Under the pieces are notes generated by a model. The model worked only from the letters and a program-made list of their open reading frames with translations. It had not been told where the DNA came from and made no database searches. From positions 8,126,818 through 8,190,817 of the forward strand of contig CAVNZM010000008.1 in assembly GCA_963693365.1 (NCBI GenBank): a stretch of DNA of 64,000 nucleotides, written 5' to 3'. Both the position numbers and the translations under genes were made by a program. The stretch comes from Amoebidium appalachense. Its lineage: Eukaryota; Protista; Ichthyosporea. Of the stretch, positions 44,452 through 64,000 are shown piece after piece (the stretch's first letter is position 1; each line of letters begins with the position of its first letter).

Positions 44452-45240
44452 GGTCGCTTACGGATGTATTTCGAGCTTAAGATGGCTAGTACATGACCGA
44501 GGGGATGTTATAAGGTAACTTGACAAGCACAAGAGCAGCAAAATTTTGAACTGTGGGGCGGGGCCGCCGTAAAAGCTGAATGGGTGTGTCAACATAAAGT
44601 ATTCTTCCAAAATTACATTTTAGTTTAACTTTGAAATCGTGTTAAAAGCTTTAAAAAACAAATCCCTCAAAACTTTCCTGGACAGGTTTATGACAGTCTG
44701 CGGCGTGTTTGCGCCATCATTGCACGTGTACATACAGGGATTCACAACCCAAAGGCTTGCATGTTCTACAGCTAAAAGAGGTGGTTAAATGTTAAGAAAG
44801 GATAGCAGGAATATAAGCGAGCAAGATTGCCTCTTTTTGTGATTATCATTGTCCTTATAAGCAGCTTCTATCAAGACGTGCTGTTCATCAAAGGTATGCC
44901 ATGACCAGTTCACACACGATGTTTTCATAGGAGCAAAAGCACACGGGCATCTACGTGTGTGCGCTTCTCGATACTCGTACATACAGTGTTGCGTGTGCGT
45001 GCCATAATTCAAGACACTCATTCACGCATAGCACCGCGTGCGCAAGCACACACCAGCAAGCCTAGCCTTGGCGGCACATGCACCAGGGCACACACGCAGA
45101 CATATAAACACACAAAGATACACACGCTGCGCACGCACGCACACACAAAACACAACACACACACAAAAACACATACACAGACGCACACACACACGCGTAC
45201 GCGCGCGCGCGCACACACACCCACCCACACACCCACCCAC

Positions 45241-45308
<68 letters not shown>

Positions 45309-45845
45309 TCGACATGCACACACACACATACGCACATACATACACGCACACCTTCACTACACAGTCCTAGCCATCCATGAGGGGAGAGATGTCAGTAATG
45401 TCGGGTATAGAGGCGCAGAAGACTCCCCCCTATATACCCCCCTCCCCGCTCCCCGCCGGAACTCCCCTCCCCCTCCCCTCCTCCCCCCGCCTTTCCCCCT
45501 CGCACCCCTCCTCCCCCTTCCCCTCTCCCTCCCCAAGGGCGGATTATCGTCTGACAAAATACCTAATCTCCCCTCCCTTGCTTGCCCTCAGTCTTCCTTC
45601 AACTCCAGCCTCCCCCCCCCCCCTCCCCCCCAGGGCTGGCTCTTTTACTCCCTTCTCTCTTCACCCTCCGCCTACCAACCCCCACTATTTTCGACTTTTG
45701 TATGTGTGCGCGTGCGTACGTGCGTACGTGCTTGCGTGCGTGTGCGCGTGTGGGCGGGCCGGCGGGTGCGCAGGCGGGCGGGTGTGTGTGTGTTTGTCAT
45801 CATATTGATCCATTTTTTGACCCTTTTACTTTGTTAGGTTTCATC

Positions 45846-63470
<17,625 letters not shown>

Positions 63471-64000
63471 GTAGGTGGCACGTGCATGTGGATATGCTGT
63501 AGTTTGGTTATTGTGTTTGCAATGTGTGCTGTATTTGGTTGTTTTTGTTTTTGTTCTCTCTCTATGTGTTGTGTGTGTTTTTTGTTTGTTTGTTTGTTTG
63601 TTTTTTCCTTCTTTTTTTTCTTTCTTTTTTTCCCTTCTATTATTCTTGTCGCTATGGTTGAACGAAGGGGATGCCAAAAAAGGAAAAGGCTGCAATTGGT
63701 AGTTGGCAAGTGCACCTGATGATGCTATAAATAGGATAGTGTGTGCGTGCAGTGTCTACTGGTACTTTTGTGTGGTTTCCTTTCCTGGAGTATTCTTGTT
63801 TTTTCCTTCCTTTTCTCTCGTTCACTCTTTTTTTCCTTTGGTGATTCTGCCTTTGTGTCAAATGTTGTCTTCCCGTGTCCCCAACCTTTTTTTTTTACTA
63901 CTAATACCGTTTTTTTTCTTTTTTTTTTTTTTTTTTTCTCTTTCTTTCTTTCGTTCTTTTTTTTTTCCTCCTTTAGGGGGTGTTTCTGAATTTGACGCCC

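Overview
Eukaryotic, intron-rich DNA full of poly(C)/poly(G) tracts and (CA)n/(GT)n/(GA)n microsatellites. Almost all ORFs in the supplied track are artefacts of these repeats. Gene content and style suggest a non-animal opisthokont such as an ichthyosporean, but that is inference only. Five genes were spliced by hand. (1) On the - strand (9335->1369, 6 exons, ~1538 aa): a DUF6729-type, Mutator/ISL3-like DDE transposase with an intact WRN/EXD2-type DEDDy 3'-5' exonuclease inserted in its catalytic core. It lies in a ~10.85 kb unit followed by a near-identical direct repeat that is truncated at 12682. (2) A 13-exon MEDS-HisKA-HATPase-receiver hybrid histidine kinase with degenerate N and G1 boxes. 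(3) A DUF2408/UPF0662 repeat protein. (4) A DUF6314 protein on the - strand. (5) The 5' part of NOL6/UTP22. The introns also hold six sense-oriented copies of a ~150 nt hairpin-H box-hairpin-ACA (H/ACA-like) RNA, and many 5'-truncated, poly(C)-tailed elements with a CUGANGA half-hammerhead motif and an upstream pseudoknot. A probable solo LTR and a palindromic sub-repeat element are also present.
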